Shown: positions 10,560 through 20,092 of the stretch, one piece after another
Numbering within the stretch: position 1 is the stretch's first letter
How the letters are laid out: each line of letters opens with the position of its first letter
IMG/VR virus record: IMGVR_UViG_3300021197_000748
Span: 1 to 57,038 of that record
Source: a virus
Taxonomy: Duplodnaviria > Caudoviricetes
Direction: 5' to 3' (one strand)
Length of the DNA: 57,038 nt
Made by a program: the position numbers and the translations under genes
Notes under the pieces: model-generated
The model's input: the letters and a program-made list of their open reading frames with translations, nothing else
Told to the model about the DNA's origin: nothing
Databases searched by the model: none

Positions 10560-10837
10560 TTCTTCTTTCTGGCGGGAGCACGCTTAGGCTTGCCACCCGC
10601 TCCGTTGCGAGCCCTGTTCTTGGACGGGCTCTCGAGAAATGTCGAACCGTCAGCGCGATGGGAGACATCCTTGCCACCCTTGCCCATAATGCCACGCTTG
10701 CGGCGGTTACGGGCAGACTCGCGTCGCTTCTTCTTCTCTTCCGGTCGTCTGTTGATCTTGGCCTGAGCCTTCAGCCGGCGCTTGCGCGCCGCGGGGTTCG
10801 AGGCAAAATACTTAGCAGTTCTAGACTTTGCAGCCAT
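10556..10837 (-). CDS. Small basic phage protein with degenerate HNH-like motif
   Basis: Lys/Arg-rich; GKDVSH...ESPSKNRARN pattern; overlaps the next gene by ATGA. Confidence 0.65.
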   Translation of the reverse strand: MAAKSRTAKYFASNPAARKRRLKAQAKINRRPEEKKKRRESARNRRKRGIMGKGGKDVSHRADGSTFLESPSKNRARNGAGGKPKRAPARKKK

Positions 10838-11101
10838 TCAGCACCTCCATCGTTTGCGGGCAGCCTTGCCACGTTCACCAGTCCAGCCCTTCGAGCGGGC
10901 GCAGAACGACTTACGTCGACCCGCAGCCTTGCTACCGGGCTTGACCTTACCGGTGACGGCGGTCTTGAGCTTACTCCCGGGGTTAGCCTTACGGTACTTG
11001 GCGACACCCTTCTTGGTGAGGCCAGCGCCCTTCTTGACCGAGCGCTTCTCGCCACGGCCAACGGACATCTTAACGTTCTTGCTCTTTCTTTTTGCTGCCA
11101 T
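10838..11101 (-). CDS. Small basic phage protein (DUF6321-like)
   Basis: GLTKKGVAKYRKANPGSKLKTAVTG...RRKSFCARS...RWRC, a recurrent phage protein pattern; family name recalled, not searched. Confidence 0.7.
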   Translation of the reverse strand: MAAKRKSKNVKMSVGRGEKRSVKKGAGLTKKGVAKYRKANPGSKLKTAVTGKVKPGSKAAGRRKSFCARSKGWTGERGKAARKRWRC

Positions 11102-11208
11102 TACTTACCCTTTCGGTAAGACTTCTTCAGCTTCATAGTCTTAGACTTCATCGACTTCTTGGCGGGAGCCTTCTTAGCCTTAGTACTTCGTCCACATGAT
11201 TTAGCCAT
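11101..11208 (-). CDS. 35-aa Lys-rich peptide
   Basis: Hand translation MAKSCGRSTKAKKAPAKKSMKSKTMKLKKSYRKGK*; GAAAGGA RBS; TAATG coupling to the next gene; below the ORF-track cutoff. Confidence 0.7.
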   Translation of the reverse strand: MAKSCGRSTKAKKAPAKKSMKSKTMKLKKSYRKGK

Positions 11209-11279
11209 TGCGTTCCTTTCGCTTTTCTTCCTTTGCTTTCCGAGCTTCTGCTGGCCTCACTCGAGGCAGCCGCTTCGGG

Positions 11280-11489
11280 TTAGGAGTTTTCTTCTTTTGA
11301 CTTCTCAAGTAGGGTAATCCTTGTTTCATGGTGTTGAAGATGGTTGCGCATATCGTGGATACTACGTCGGTTGGTATCCGTTTCCTTAATCACATTATCC
11401 AGCTTATTTTCAATAGCCGGGATCTTCCATACCCTCATGAGCACAAAGCCAACCATCCCTGTAATAAGATACAGGAAATATTCAATCAT
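11280..11489 (-). CDS. Single-TM coiled-coil protein, holin-like lysis-region protein
   Basis: AGGAGG RBS before MIEYFLYLITGMVGFVLMRVW (TM), then a coiled coil ending HETRITLLEK. Confidence 0.55.
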   Translation of the reverse strand: MIEYFLYLITGMVGFVLMRVWKIPAIENKLDNVIKETDTNRRSIHDMRNHLQHHETRITLLEKSKEENS

Positions 11490-11507
11490 TACTTCCTCCT
11501 GCATCGT

Positions 11508-11915
11508 CTACCTCCCTCTGGCAATCGAAGAACCGCCAAGATAGAAGCCAACAGCGGCGAGCAAAGCAGCCCGCAGCTCAGGCAGTACAACGATACCAGT
11601 AAGACTCTCCCAGCCTCCAGTGAAGATTCCGAGGAAGTCCCAAGGGGCTCGCTCGGACTCGACGTAGGTGGGCATTCCAATGAGTCCACCGATGAAGGGG
11701 GCGATAGCCACGACCCAGAGTACCGTGAAGACGAGCACCCGACGACCGACATGAGAACCACGCACAGCAGCGCGATCAGCGGAATCGTCAGCCACAGCTT
11801 GCTTCTGTAGCAACATCTCTGTAGTCTTCTGCTGGTTCTCAATGGACGTAGCCATAAAACGAAAGATGAAGCCAGCAAGGCCACCACCTAACATACTAAT
11901 AAGTTCCATACTCAT
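11508..11915 (-). CDS. Holin, 3TM/GTA-holin-like
   Basis: MSMELISMLGGGLAGFIFRFM, central TM after GRR, C-terminal AAVGFYLGGSS motif; ATGA overlap with the upstream gene. Confidence 0.65.
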   Translation of the reverse strand: MSMELISMLGGGLAGFIFRFMATSIENQQKTTEMLLQKQAVADDSADRAAVRGSHVGRRVLVFTVLWVVAIAPFIGGLIGMPTYVESERAPWDFLGIFTGGWESLTGIVVLPELRAALLAAVGFYLGGSSIARGR

Positions 11916-12535
11916 CGCATAATCCAATCTTTATTAAAGGGCTTGAACCACCATTCTGTGGTGTCTCGCATCTGCCAGCCGTCATTGGTCACACCAATCC
12001 AGCCATCGGTTCCGTGTGCCTCCTGCACCAGGTTAAGCCAAGCGTTGAAGGCTTCCCCGTAGAACCCTGCGTTGTCGAGCACCATAACAAGGTGGCGTTG
12101 AAATTCAGACGTATCACATCCGATATTAGTGGGCGGCGTAGGATCCCAGCTGCAATAGGCAGCATGGAACCAGACCGCACCGTTGTTTGCAATGAGTTGG
12201 TGATCGCCTGCAGCCCACATAATAGCCGCTGCAGACCAAGCACCCACTCTATCTCCCGCGATAGTTACCAATCGAGGATGGGCTTCCATCTTCCAATAGA
12301 GACCCAAACCAGCATAGGCGTCACCGCCGCCGCTGTCAATGGTCAGGAGGATTACACGATTACCAGCCCGCGAGACAAGAAAGTCCCAGAGGTAGAGATC
12401 GATGCGCTCCACAGTACCAGTGTAATGAACGGAGATGGATACACCATCCTCGTCCTTCACCTCGAACCGTCCTGCACTTGCTGAGGAACACAGCGATGCG
12501 ACAAGCACCAGTGCTCCCATAATAAAGTTTCTCAT
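11912..12535 (-). CDS. ClpP/crotonase-fold serine peptidase with N-terminal signal peptide
   Basis: Start MRNFIMGALVLVASLCSSASA (Sec signal, AxA cleavage) after AAGGA; ClpP motifs LTIDSGGG, AWSAAAIMWAAG (catalytic Ser) and VWFH (catalytic His). Confidence 0.75.
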   Translation of the reverse strand: MRNFIMGALVLVASLCSSASAGRFEVKDEDGVSISVHYTGTVERIDLYLWDFLVSRAGNRVILLTIDSGGGDAYAGLGLYWKMEAHPRLVTIAGDRVGAWSAAAIMWAAGDHQLIANNGAVWFHAAYCSWDPTPPTNIGCDTSEFQRHLVMVLDNAGFYGEAFNAWLNLVQEAHGTDGWIGVTNDGWQMRDTTEWWFKPFNKDWIMR

Positions 12536-12585
12536 GGTAATATCCTTTTCATTTATGTAAACTACTTGTTGTGTTGTCATAATAA

Positions 12586-12617
12586 GGGGACACAGGCCAC
12601 AGCTGACCTGTGCCCCC
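12586..12617 (-). terminator. Terminator-like hairpin
   Basis: Minus strand GGGGGCACAGGTCA-GCTG-TGGCCTGTGTCCCC then TTATTAT; G-U pairs fit the minus strand; weak U-tract. Confidence 0.65.
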
Positions 12618-12621
12618 ACTA

Positions 12622-12773
12622 TGAGAAGTTCCGACGCTGCTGCCCTGGTATAATTGAAGGTTATACGTTAGGCTGCGGCACTGAATTAGGCGTAACATTT
12701 GGCGTTCGCACCACCATCCACGATTTGTGGGATACATTCTAATTACAGCTGCATCTGCAGCAGACGGTCCTAA
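12622..12773 (-). ncRNA. Candidate structured ncRNA (multi-branch)
   Basis: Manual pairing: closing stem CTGCTGC/GCAGCAG, long stem GCAGCTGTAATTAG/CTAATTCAGTGC enclosing hairpins CCAC-AAATC-GTGG and TGGTG-CGAA-CGCCA, and stem GTATAA/TTATAC. Confidence 0.45.
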
Positions 12774-12781
12774 GGTTCAAA

Positions 12782-15124
12782 TTAATCGGGATCCTTTGGT
12801 AGGTATCCCATTTGAGGTGAAGTATTACTTCTATGAATATCCTTACGATAGCTGCCGAGGCCAGGAGTATATCCTGAACCCGATTGCTCATAAGACCACG
12901 TGCCTGGGAAAGAGCCCTCGACCCCGACTGGAGTATATACCAGCGAGATTCGGTCAGCATCAGTAGCAGGACTAGAGAGTCGTACTACATCCTGTTCATC
13001 GAAAGACGGAACAGAAGAGCCAGAGCCCTGGTCGGCATCGAGACAACTAATCATACGAACGCCGGGAGGCAGCTTGTCAGTCTTGTAAACCATATCAAAG
13101 TTAAGCGGGTAGGTGGGGTCTGGGTTATCCCAGGCAGCACCCGCCGCCTCGCTACGAATAGCCTCAAAGACGCAATTACGTATGATAAAGTTCTTTGCAA
13201 TAAATGCCTGGTTGGGAAGAACAACTTCATTGTCGCCAGGCTTTCCGCTAGGATCAGAACTGTCCCAATGATCTCCTACATCTGCTCCCGGCTTAACCGA
13301 GCGCCAGGGAATGTACTCGTGGTATCTTCCATTAAGCTGATATTCAGAAGTTTGCATCCAAGGTTCCGGTCGCAGCCATTCGACAGCCTCATGAACACTG
13401 CTCAAAGGCTTAGGATGATCGAAGTCAGGACGGAAGACCGTAGACTGATCTAGGATCGTAAGATTCTCAAAGAGAATATGCCTAGCCCATGACGCATGTT
13501 GGGAAACCACAATAATTGTACCCTCGAGGTTCTCAAAGATGCAGTTAACAAATGCTTGGTTACTATGAGCCGAGTCCGTCTTACCGATGAGGATGTTCTG
13601 CACATCTCTATCTTCAGTAGCCTGGAAGCCGAAGTGAATAATATTATTACTCGGACGACCCTGGATCTGGAAGTGGTCACAATGCCACAGGTTTCGATTA
13701 TAAGGACTAGCAGCACTCCAGGTCTGATCGTCTTCAATCGACGCGCCAGTACCCAGAGTAAGCTGCGGGTTCCCTAGCTCGTAGGCTCCCGCTCCTCCGG
13801 GAAGAGATGGATCCCTAGTCGCGGGGTCATCATTAACCAGCTGATTCTGACGGCATGTACAGTCTACGCTAAAGGTAGTCCGCGCCATAGAATCATGAGT
13901 AATCGCTTCCTGATGGGTGTTTCGGACCATGTCCAAACCACAGGCACCGTAACGCACACCGAAGAATGTGGAGTTCTCAACAAAGTTTCCTCCACCATCA
14001 AAGGAGTCATTAGCGCGGATAGGATAGCTCTGGGACGTACGCAGCCAATCGCCACGTACCCAGTTCCACTTACTATCTTCGAATTTACAGTCAGAGAACA
14101 TCCAGATGGTTGCATCCTTTTCTGGGTGCACTCCTGGGTCGGTGTCTTCTGCTACCTCCCCGTACAGCTGACCGATATGCTCAATCATAAAGTGAATACC
14201 GGTGCAGTGGATTCTTCTATGCTGAGGTCGCCAATCAAAGCGCTCAGGGTCTCCTCCAATAGGAGTACCATCCTGAGGCTTCAGCTGTACGCCGACGCCG
14301 TCAGTCTGCTCGCTCCAGCTGAGACCAGGACCTGCTTCAATCTCTAGCGGATGAAGTGGGTTATCTCGCTTAAACGTGATCGGAGCCTCGTACACTCCAA
14401 GGTCGTTTATGATAATCTTCAAACCGGCGCTGCCGATAAGATCTAGATCAGTTGTATCTACGGCCTTTTGAGGATTGCGGTAAGGAGAGCCGATAGTACC
14501 ATCGCCCGTGGTATCGTCCCCGTTAACGGAAACATACTTGATAATTTTATCAGGCTTCGCAGGGAGCATCAGCAATGACTGCAGCCCTGAGCGGTTCGTT
14601 CTGTATCTGTAGGGCTCCGTATCCTCGTTGCCGGTCCACATAGGGGACTGAAGGACAAGAGGGATCCCCGAGCCTACGGGATAAACCCGAGCTCGGAGCT
14701 CTACGTAACCCTTAGCATCTACATTGTTGGCGTCAGTAAGGGTAAGCTTACCCCAATACTCTCGGTTACCGGTGCGAGGGTTGTTAACCAACCCCCGCGC
14801 CGTAACCCAAGTACCACCATTACAGGAGAACTCGACGCGATCAATACCGTTCATATGAAAAGCAATGACCCCGATCTCGTACTCCGTATTCAGCTCCCAC
14901 GTCTTATAGGGCATCTCTGCCCAGCGCGCAATCGCTGTTTCATCGTAGCCAGCGGCTGTGCCGTAGCCAGCGATCTCAGGAGTAACCGCGGTAAAGCCAG
15001 TTCCCACAGGGATCACCGGATGAACCGGATCAATGTCCCAATCACCGACACCAATTTCAATACCGTCAGCAATGACTGACCACATTGATGTGTCGTTAAT
15101 TGTGAATCTATTTTTATTAGTCAT
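12782..15124 (-). CDS. Tailspike/depolymerase-like protein (Ig-like domain + right-handed beta-helix), 780 aa
   Basis: N-terminus MTNKNRFTIND; GYDETAIARW...NGIDRVEF domain; YVSVNGDDTTGDGTIGSPY beta-helix cap; HCDHFQ motif. Confidence 0.65.
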   Translation of the reverse strand: MTNKNRFTINDTSMWSVIADGIEIGVGDWDIDPVHPVIPVGTGFTAVTPEIAGYGTAAGYDETAIARWAEMPYKTWELNTEYEIGVIAFHMNGIDRVEFSCNGGTWVTARGLVNNPRTGNREYWGKLTLTDANNVDAKGYVELRARVYPVGSGIPLVLQSPMWTGNEDTEPYRYRTNRSGLQSLLMLPAKPDKIIKYVSVNGDDTTGDGTIGSPYRNPQKAVDTTDLDLIGSAGLKIIINDLGVYEAPITFKRDNPLHPLEIEAGPGLSWSEQTDGVGVQLKPQDGTPIGGDPERFDWRPQHRRIHCTGIHFMIEHIGQLYGEVAEDTDPGVHPEKDATIWMFSDCKFEDSKWNWVRGDWLRTSQSYPIRANDSFDGGGNFVENSTFFGVRYGACGLDMVRNTHQEAITHDSMARTTFSVDCTCRQNQLVNDDPATRDPSLPGGAGAYELGNPQLTLGTGASIEDDQTWSAASPYNRNLWHCDHFQIQGRPSNNIIHFGFQATEDRDVQNILIGKTDSAHSNQAFVNCIFENLEGTIIVVSQHASWARHILFENLTILDQSTVFRPDFDHPKPLSSVHEAVEWLRPEPWMQTSEYQLNGRYHEYIPWRSVKPGADVGDHWDSSDPSGKPGDNEVVLPNQAFIAKNFIIRNCVFEAIRSEAAGAAWDNPDPTYPLNFDMVYKTDKLPPGVRMISCLDADQGSGSSVPSFDEQDVVRLSSPATDADRISLVYTPVGVEGSFPGTWSYEQSGSGYTPGLGSYRKDIHRSNTSPQMGYLPKDPD

Positions 15125-15137
15125 ATAGCTCTCCTAC

Positions 15138-17930
15138 TTAGCTGTAGTTAGACCAGCCGCTGATGTCACCTGGGTCTTGCGAAAGACCCACGACAACCAG
15201 GGTATCACCAGCGGTCGGAACCGTGCCGCCCAGAGTATACTGCTGAATCTGACCGGAGTCGGTCTGCCACGCATGCGTAGTCCACACACCAGTAGTAGCA
15301 TTCCAGACAGCGATGTACGGGACATCTGTCTCGTAGGCTGCGGTTACAGTCCCACTAAGATCTCGAACCTGAACCGCACTAGTAACTCGTAGTTGTGAAA
15401 TATCAAAGAGCTGACCGGTAGGAGTCATAGTCACTCCAGTTACCCAAGTACTGCCGTTGGAGACGATCGAACTCGTCTCGGCAATGGCGTAGGTATCCCA
15501 GTCATCGGCCACGCCCGGAGGAGCCATCTTAAAGCTAAACAGAGAGATACCTCGTCCGTTAACCAAACCAGAAGGCGCAAACCAACCGAAGTTGTTCCCG
15601 TGATCGGTCACAAGACTGCCGTCAAAACTTTGGTCACAGAACTGAGTTCCTGTATCATCATCGCCAACCCAGCCTTCCAGCGTGTAGTCCACCCCGTCGT
15701 AAGTAAGACGAAGGAACATGTGAGCTTCGGGATTCGCGGCAAGATCGCCGGGGAACATATCGAAAGTCTGATTGCTTTCTGAATTATTAGTATACATCGT
15801 AATAGCGGATGTATTAGTACCGGCCTTAGGGGCAATACCAATCACCGTATAATCACCGTCGGCTCGATCTCCACCATTGATAATAAAACCAAAGACTGCG
15901 CCAAGAGACGACTGCGCACCACGGGCAGCCTTACCTTCCATTACCCAGCCACCAGACGGGGGCGTGCCCAAGTCCGTGACAAAGGAGTCTTGCCATGTGG
16001 CATCGCCGATAACACTCTTAGAGATGTGTGTATCTAAATACCAACCATTACTGCTTGAGGAAGACTGCAGAGCCCACGTAGGTCCGCTAGTGTCCTGTAC
16101 GCCGTAGTTCTCAAAGACACGCCCACCGGATACCCCAAAATCGGTAGTAGTACTATTGTCAATAACCCCTGAGGCAGTCGCCATCGAAGTAAAATCGATA
16201 TCAAAGTACGGAACCTCAGGAGCTGGTTCAGGCCGCGAGGCAATAGCACCGGTCGAGAGATCAATTACATACTGATGGAACTCAGCAGCGGTTACTACCG
16301 TGCCTTCCCCGTCGGTCATAGACCCTACGGGATCTCCACCGGCTCCAACAATCAGACCAGCCTTGTGCATATCATACAGCACCTGCTTAAGAGTAAGCCA
16401 GTTAATATCCATAAAGGGCTGAACCTCTGTCTGATTGCCCCAACGTACGGTACAATGTACCTCGGTATCCGAACCAAACTGATCAGCACTTCCCGTTACA
16501 GCGGGGTTACCAATAGTAGCAGACGTAGCATTATCGCTAGCATCAGCATTAAACACCGTGAGATTCTTTTGGATGTTGAGAGCATTACCATTAGAGTCAA
16601 GTCCACTGTAGCCAATCACCGTACCGAACAAACCAAGACAGGCGCTAGTGGTATAGATACCCGCGTTGTCTCCTTTGTACATTTCAGTGGTAGCATTAAA
16701 ACCGGCCATAGGGATAGACTCAACCATGGGGCTAAACCCTAGTCCCGTGAAAACATTCGTCAAACGAGCGCTGCCCGGACGGGCGGCAATAGCGTTCTGA
16801 CCCGTACCTTCACGTACCATACCCTCGGAATTAAACCAAAGCCTTGCTCCGGTATCGAGGCCAATTTCATTAAAGCCCATGGAATACAGCCCAGCCGCCT
16901 CAACATCCCACCAGCCCTCAAACTTTTCGTTAGAGCTCGAGATGCCGGGGTTATTAGCATCAACGTAATCAAAACCAGGCTGGGGGTTATAAGAAGGATT
17001 ATTTCCACCTGCGTCCGGATCCCAGCCGTCGATATCACTAGGCGAAGACGTTCCGAGAAACGTGCGATCGTAGGTTGCCATATCGTTATTAGTATAATTA
17101 GGTCGATACCCGGAGTAAGATTGAATCTTGGGTGGTCCCGGTGCTGGGCCAACTCTAGCAGCAATGCGATCTTTAATCGCCGTGATTGCTGTAGTCCAAG
17201 CAGCTTCGGAGTCACCAATAGTACCATCTATGCCGTTAGGCGTGAAGGGGCTAGTAGTAGTTCCAGTACTAAAGTTACCAACCCAGGGCGCTGTGGACTG
17301 CGACAGACTACTATAGGGATTAGCTGGATATTCAGGGGCATAACCCCCGCTTCCGTTGTTCTGGTTGATGTAGCCAGCTGGGTTCCAGATTCCAACCCTG
17401 TCAAACCCAGCATCAATCGCCGGGTAGATCTTATTTTCTGTCCAAAGCAATCGCCCATTGGTTTGTGAATCAGTCATATCATTACCCGCTGCAGGGGTTT
17501 TACGATATTGCGTTTGGGGAACACCCCACGCTTCACCGTCTGAAACTCCGCCAGGGGCATTATTTGTAGCCGGGCCGTCAGTGCTTGTGGAAGTAGCAAA
17601 TCCAGAAACAAGCATTGGTCGTCGATCGGCCTGGAAAGTGATGCCAACGAACTCCACGTTAGTTCCCGACCAGGACGTAATGTCCGCGGGAGTGGTAAAG
17701 CCCGCATCGGAGTAAGCCTCGATGTCGTAGAGCTTACCCTGCTCCATCGAATCGTAATCAGTGATAGGATTCTCGGAGTCTCCGGTCTCGAAGACCTTGA
17801 GGTAAAGAGCACCGCCGGAAGCCGTGGTGAACGTAGCCATAAAAGCTGGGTCTTGACCCGCAGTTGCGGCGGTCAAGGTGAACGTCACGTTCTCGCCCGC
17901 AGGCGTAGTAAATGTAAGTGAATTAGCCAT
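15138..17930 (-). CDS. Large receptor-binding/glycan-active protein, 930 aa
   Basis: Gly/Thr/Asp/Trp-rich; possible TIM-barrel segment (AGFDRVGIWNPAG, GFNEIGLD, MVESIP), lectin-like beta region and C-terminal Trp-rich module; cassette RBS. Confidence 0.55.
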   Translation of the reverse strand: MANSLTFTTPAGENVTFTLTAATAGQDPAFMATFTTASGGALYLKVFETGDSENPITDYDSMEQGKLYDIEAYSDAGFTTPADITSWSGTNVEFVGITFQADRRPMLVSGFATSTSTDGPATNNAPGGVSDGEAWGVPQTQYRKTPAAGNDMTDSQTNGRLLWTENKIYPAIDAGFDRVGIWNPAGYINQNNGSGGYAPEYPANPYSSLSQSTAPWVGNFSTGTTTSPFTPNGIDGTIGDSEAAWTTAITAIKDRIAARVGPAPGPPKIQSYSGYRPNYTNNDMATYDRTFLGTSSPSDIDGWDPDAGGNNPSYNPQPGFDYVDANNPGISSSNEKFEGWWDVEAAGLYSMGFNEIGLDTGARLWFNSEGMVREGTGQNAIAARPGSARLTNVFTGLGFSPMVESIPMAGFNATTEMYKGDNAGIYTTSACLGLFGTVIGYSGLDSNGNALNIQKNLTVFNADASDNATSATIGNPAVTGSADQFGSDTEVHCTVRWGNQTEVQPFMDINWLTLKQVLYDMHKAGLIVGAGGDPVGSMTDGEGTVVTAAEFHQYVIDLSTGAIASRPEPAPEVPYFDIDFTSMATASGVIDNSTTTDFGVSGGRVFENYGVQDTSGPTWALQSSSSSNGWYLDTHISKSVIGDATWQDSFVTDLGTPPSGGWVMEGKAARGAQSSLGAVFGFIINGGDRADGDYTVIGIAPKAGTNTSAITMYTNNSESNQTFDMFPGDLAANPEAHMFLRLTYDGVDYTLEGWVGDDDTGTQFCDQSFDGSLVTDHGNNFGWFAPSGLVNGRGISLFSFKMAPPGVADDWDTYAIAETSSIVSNGSTWVTGVTMTPTGQLFDISQLRVTSAVQVRDLSGTVTAAYETDVPYIAVWNATTGVWTTHAWQTDSGQIQQYTLGGTVPTAGDTLVVVGLSQDPGDISGWSNYS

Positions 17931-17990
17931 TCGGCTCTCCTTGTAAAAGTTAAGTAAAGTCCCTGCTGCCCCGCTAAGAGCAGCAAGGGA
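17926..17990 (-). repeat. Intergenic cassette copy 1 (hairpin + U-rich spacer + AAGGAGAG RBS)
   Basis: Minus: TCCCTTGCTGCTC-TTAGCG-GGGCAGCAGGGA CTTTACTTAACTTTTACAAGGAGAGCCGAATGGC. Confidence 0.85.
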
Positions 17991-18001
17991 AGTGTTGGTT
18001 A

Positions 18002-20029
18002 TCAGCTAGGGGGAGTATTGTCTCCACCCCAGGCAGTGCTGTACGAAGTTGCTCTTGGCAGCGTCTGAGGAATGTGCGTATCAGTCCAATCGACCGTGAT
18101 GTTTTCCAGCTCGGCCTGAGTAGGAATACTTGACCAACGTACACCAATAGAACCTCCATCGGCTGCTGCCGTCGTGGCAACGCCCTGAGTGGTAAGAGTC
18201 AACCGATCAAATACATCCGAAGTTGTATTAAAGAACGGAAGGTCGGTAGAACCCCAAGAGGTAGTGCCGATTGCACTCCCGTTGATAGGAAGGAACAAGT
18301 TTGCAAATCGCTTAGAAGGTCCACCGAGACCGTTGTCGCTCTCAAAAGCAGTCATCATTCGACCAGCTACGTTTGACTCCAAGGTAAGCGAGGAGTTTAT
18401 AAGGTTGCTCATAATCGCACTAAATGATGTTGAGATACTGCCCGTAAGAATAGTATCATCAGCAAACAGAGTGTTATGTCGGAACTCCACTAGCTGAGAG
18501 GCGTTAAGCACCGTGTCCACACCGCCGTTAAATGCAAGAACTGTCTGACCGTTTAGAACCTCATTGTTAGGCTGTACGGTTGCGTTAGTTACGATAAGGT
18601 TATTATTAAACTTCATCGAACCTGTAGTCGTATGAGGATCACTATTGTAAGGCTGAAAGGACATAGCCCGTGCGCAGTTGAAGAAGATGCAGTTCTCGAC
18701 CGTGGCGTTAATCCAGGAATCTTGGTACAGAGAGATACCCTGACCGTGACCTGTGGTTGGAAGACTGAAGTAACATCCGCTAATAAGTGAGGGCTCGATA
18801 ACGGTCGTCCCGACCTGGTCACCCATATTACTAATAGCCGATTTATTCTCCATGCCTCTAAACGTACTGTTTACAATACGACATCCGGGTCCTGTGATAA
18901 TAGCCGAGGATTCCAGCCGATAAAAGGTACATCGCTCTACGTCGTTAGCCGTTCCATAGCACGCATACTTACCAAAGCTAAAGCTGCAGTTCTTAAGGGT
19001 ACTCTTACGAGTGCCGTCAGTACGAGCCGACAGCAGACTGGCGTTGTAGGTTCCCTGAGAGCCTCCGATGAAGGTAGTCCCGTAAAACTGAATGTCCGCC
19101 AGACCGCCACTAGAGACCTCAAAGATATGAGGCCGAAGCGGCATTGCGGCAGACTGCGGTACCCCATTAACGGGGTTGTAGTAAATCTTCCCGTTATTGA
19201 TATCGATAGAGTACTCACCGGGCGCTAGATCCTGACCACCATACATGCAGAAGGACAGGTAGCCATTATAAGTAATACCAAAGTCCTCCGCAAAGGTCAT
19301 AACACCGGTGTTTGAATCCCAGGCTGTAGGTATCCTGAACGCAGTCACGTTAGGTCCAGCGTGGATGTTAATACCAACGGAAGAAATACCTACCGCATTT
19401 ACGCGGGCAGTGATCTCATTTCTAAGGGTCGGGTCTGTCACAGTAAATCCGGTGATTAGCTCGCCCTGCGCGTCGTCTCCGCCATCCGTTTGGGCAGTAC
19501 CGTTGTTGATCCCGTTAGACGTCGAGTTGACCTTAAGCCAGTTGCTGTTCACGGAAAATCGATTATTTCCATAACCAGAAGGGACTGCCGGGTAAACCTT
19601 CAATGCTGGAGCATCGTCTTGGTCGGCATCTACTAGATAGTTTCTCATGTCGTCGAGCCAACTCAGGTTAATATCCGAGCTATATACCCCGCCGCCTAGA
19701 TCTGTCCAAGAGGACAAAGCCTTTGCTGCGGTGAGGTATCCTCCAACCACGATCAGATCCTTATTATTGTTAGTTGGAAATGGATCGGTATTGTCTTCAG
19801 GCTCGAAGCCTTGTCCACGAAGATCCAGGGATCCCCCGTCGGGCGTAGCGTCTAGAAGTGTCTGCAAGCTAGACCACGTTCCCATAGTTGCGGGTCGCGC
19901 TTCGCCGACACCGTTCGGTCCAGTCCCTTGGTCAGGGATACCACCTTGGATCTGCACGCTATCGTTCTCAGTCGCAGCCTCAATAGACCAGACGAGATCG
20001 GAGGTAGTAAATCGATTTCTATAAGCCAT
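18002..20029 (-). CDS. Right-handed beta-helix glycanase-like tailspike, 675 aa
   Basis: N-terminus MAYRNRFTTSD; WTDLGGGVY and PGEYSIDINNGKIYYNP motifs of beta-helix glycosidases; repeated NCxF/RCTF rungs; HGQGISL. Confidence 0.65.
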   Translation of the reverse strand: MAYRNRFTTSDLVWSIEAATENDSVQIQGGIPDQGTGPNGVGEARPATMGTWSSLQTLLDATPDGGSLDLRGQGFEPEDNTDPFPTNNNKDLIVVGGYLTAAKALSSWTDLGGGVYSSDINLSWLDDMRNYLVDADQDDAPALKVYPAVPSGYGNNRFSVNSNWLKVNSTSNGINNGTAQTDGGDDAQGELITGFTVTDPTLRNEITARVNAVGISSVGINIHAGPNVTAFRIPTAWDSNTGVMTFAEDFGITYNGYLSFCMYGGQDLAPGEYSIDINNGKIYYNPVNGVPQSAAMPLRPHIFEVSSGGLADIQFYGTTFIGGSQGTYNASLLSARTDGTRKSTLKNCSFSFGKYACYGTANDVERCTFYRLESSAIITGPGCRIVNSTFRGMENKSAISNMGDQVGTTVIEPSLISGCYFSLPTTGHGQGISLYQDSWINATVENCIFFNCARAMSFQPYNSDPHTTTGSMKFNNNLIVTNATVQPNNEVLNGQTVLAFNGGVDTVLNASQLVEFRHNTLFADDTILTGSISTSFSAIMSNLINSSLTLESNVAGRMMTAFESDNGLGGPSKRFANLFLPINGSAIGTTSWGSTDLPFFNTTSDVFDRLTLTTQGVATTAAADGGSIGVRWSSIPTQAELENITVDWTDTHIPQTLPRATSYSTAWGGDNTPPS

Positions 20030-20088
20030 GTGGCTCTCCTTGTAAAGTTAAGTAAAGTCCCCGCCTCTCCGGTAAGAGAAGCGAGGGA
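20025..20088 (-). repeat. Intergenic cassette copy 2
   Basis: Minus: TCCCTCGCTTCTC-TTACCG-GAGAGGCGGGGA CTTTACTTAACTTTACAAGGAGAGCCACATGGC. Confidence 0.85.
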
Positions 20089-20092
20089 AGGG

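Noticed and set aside
12549-12737. 62-aa ORF in the intergenic gap
   Set aside because: No RBS and it crosses a terminator-like hairpin; RNA structure explains the region better, though coding is not formally excluded.
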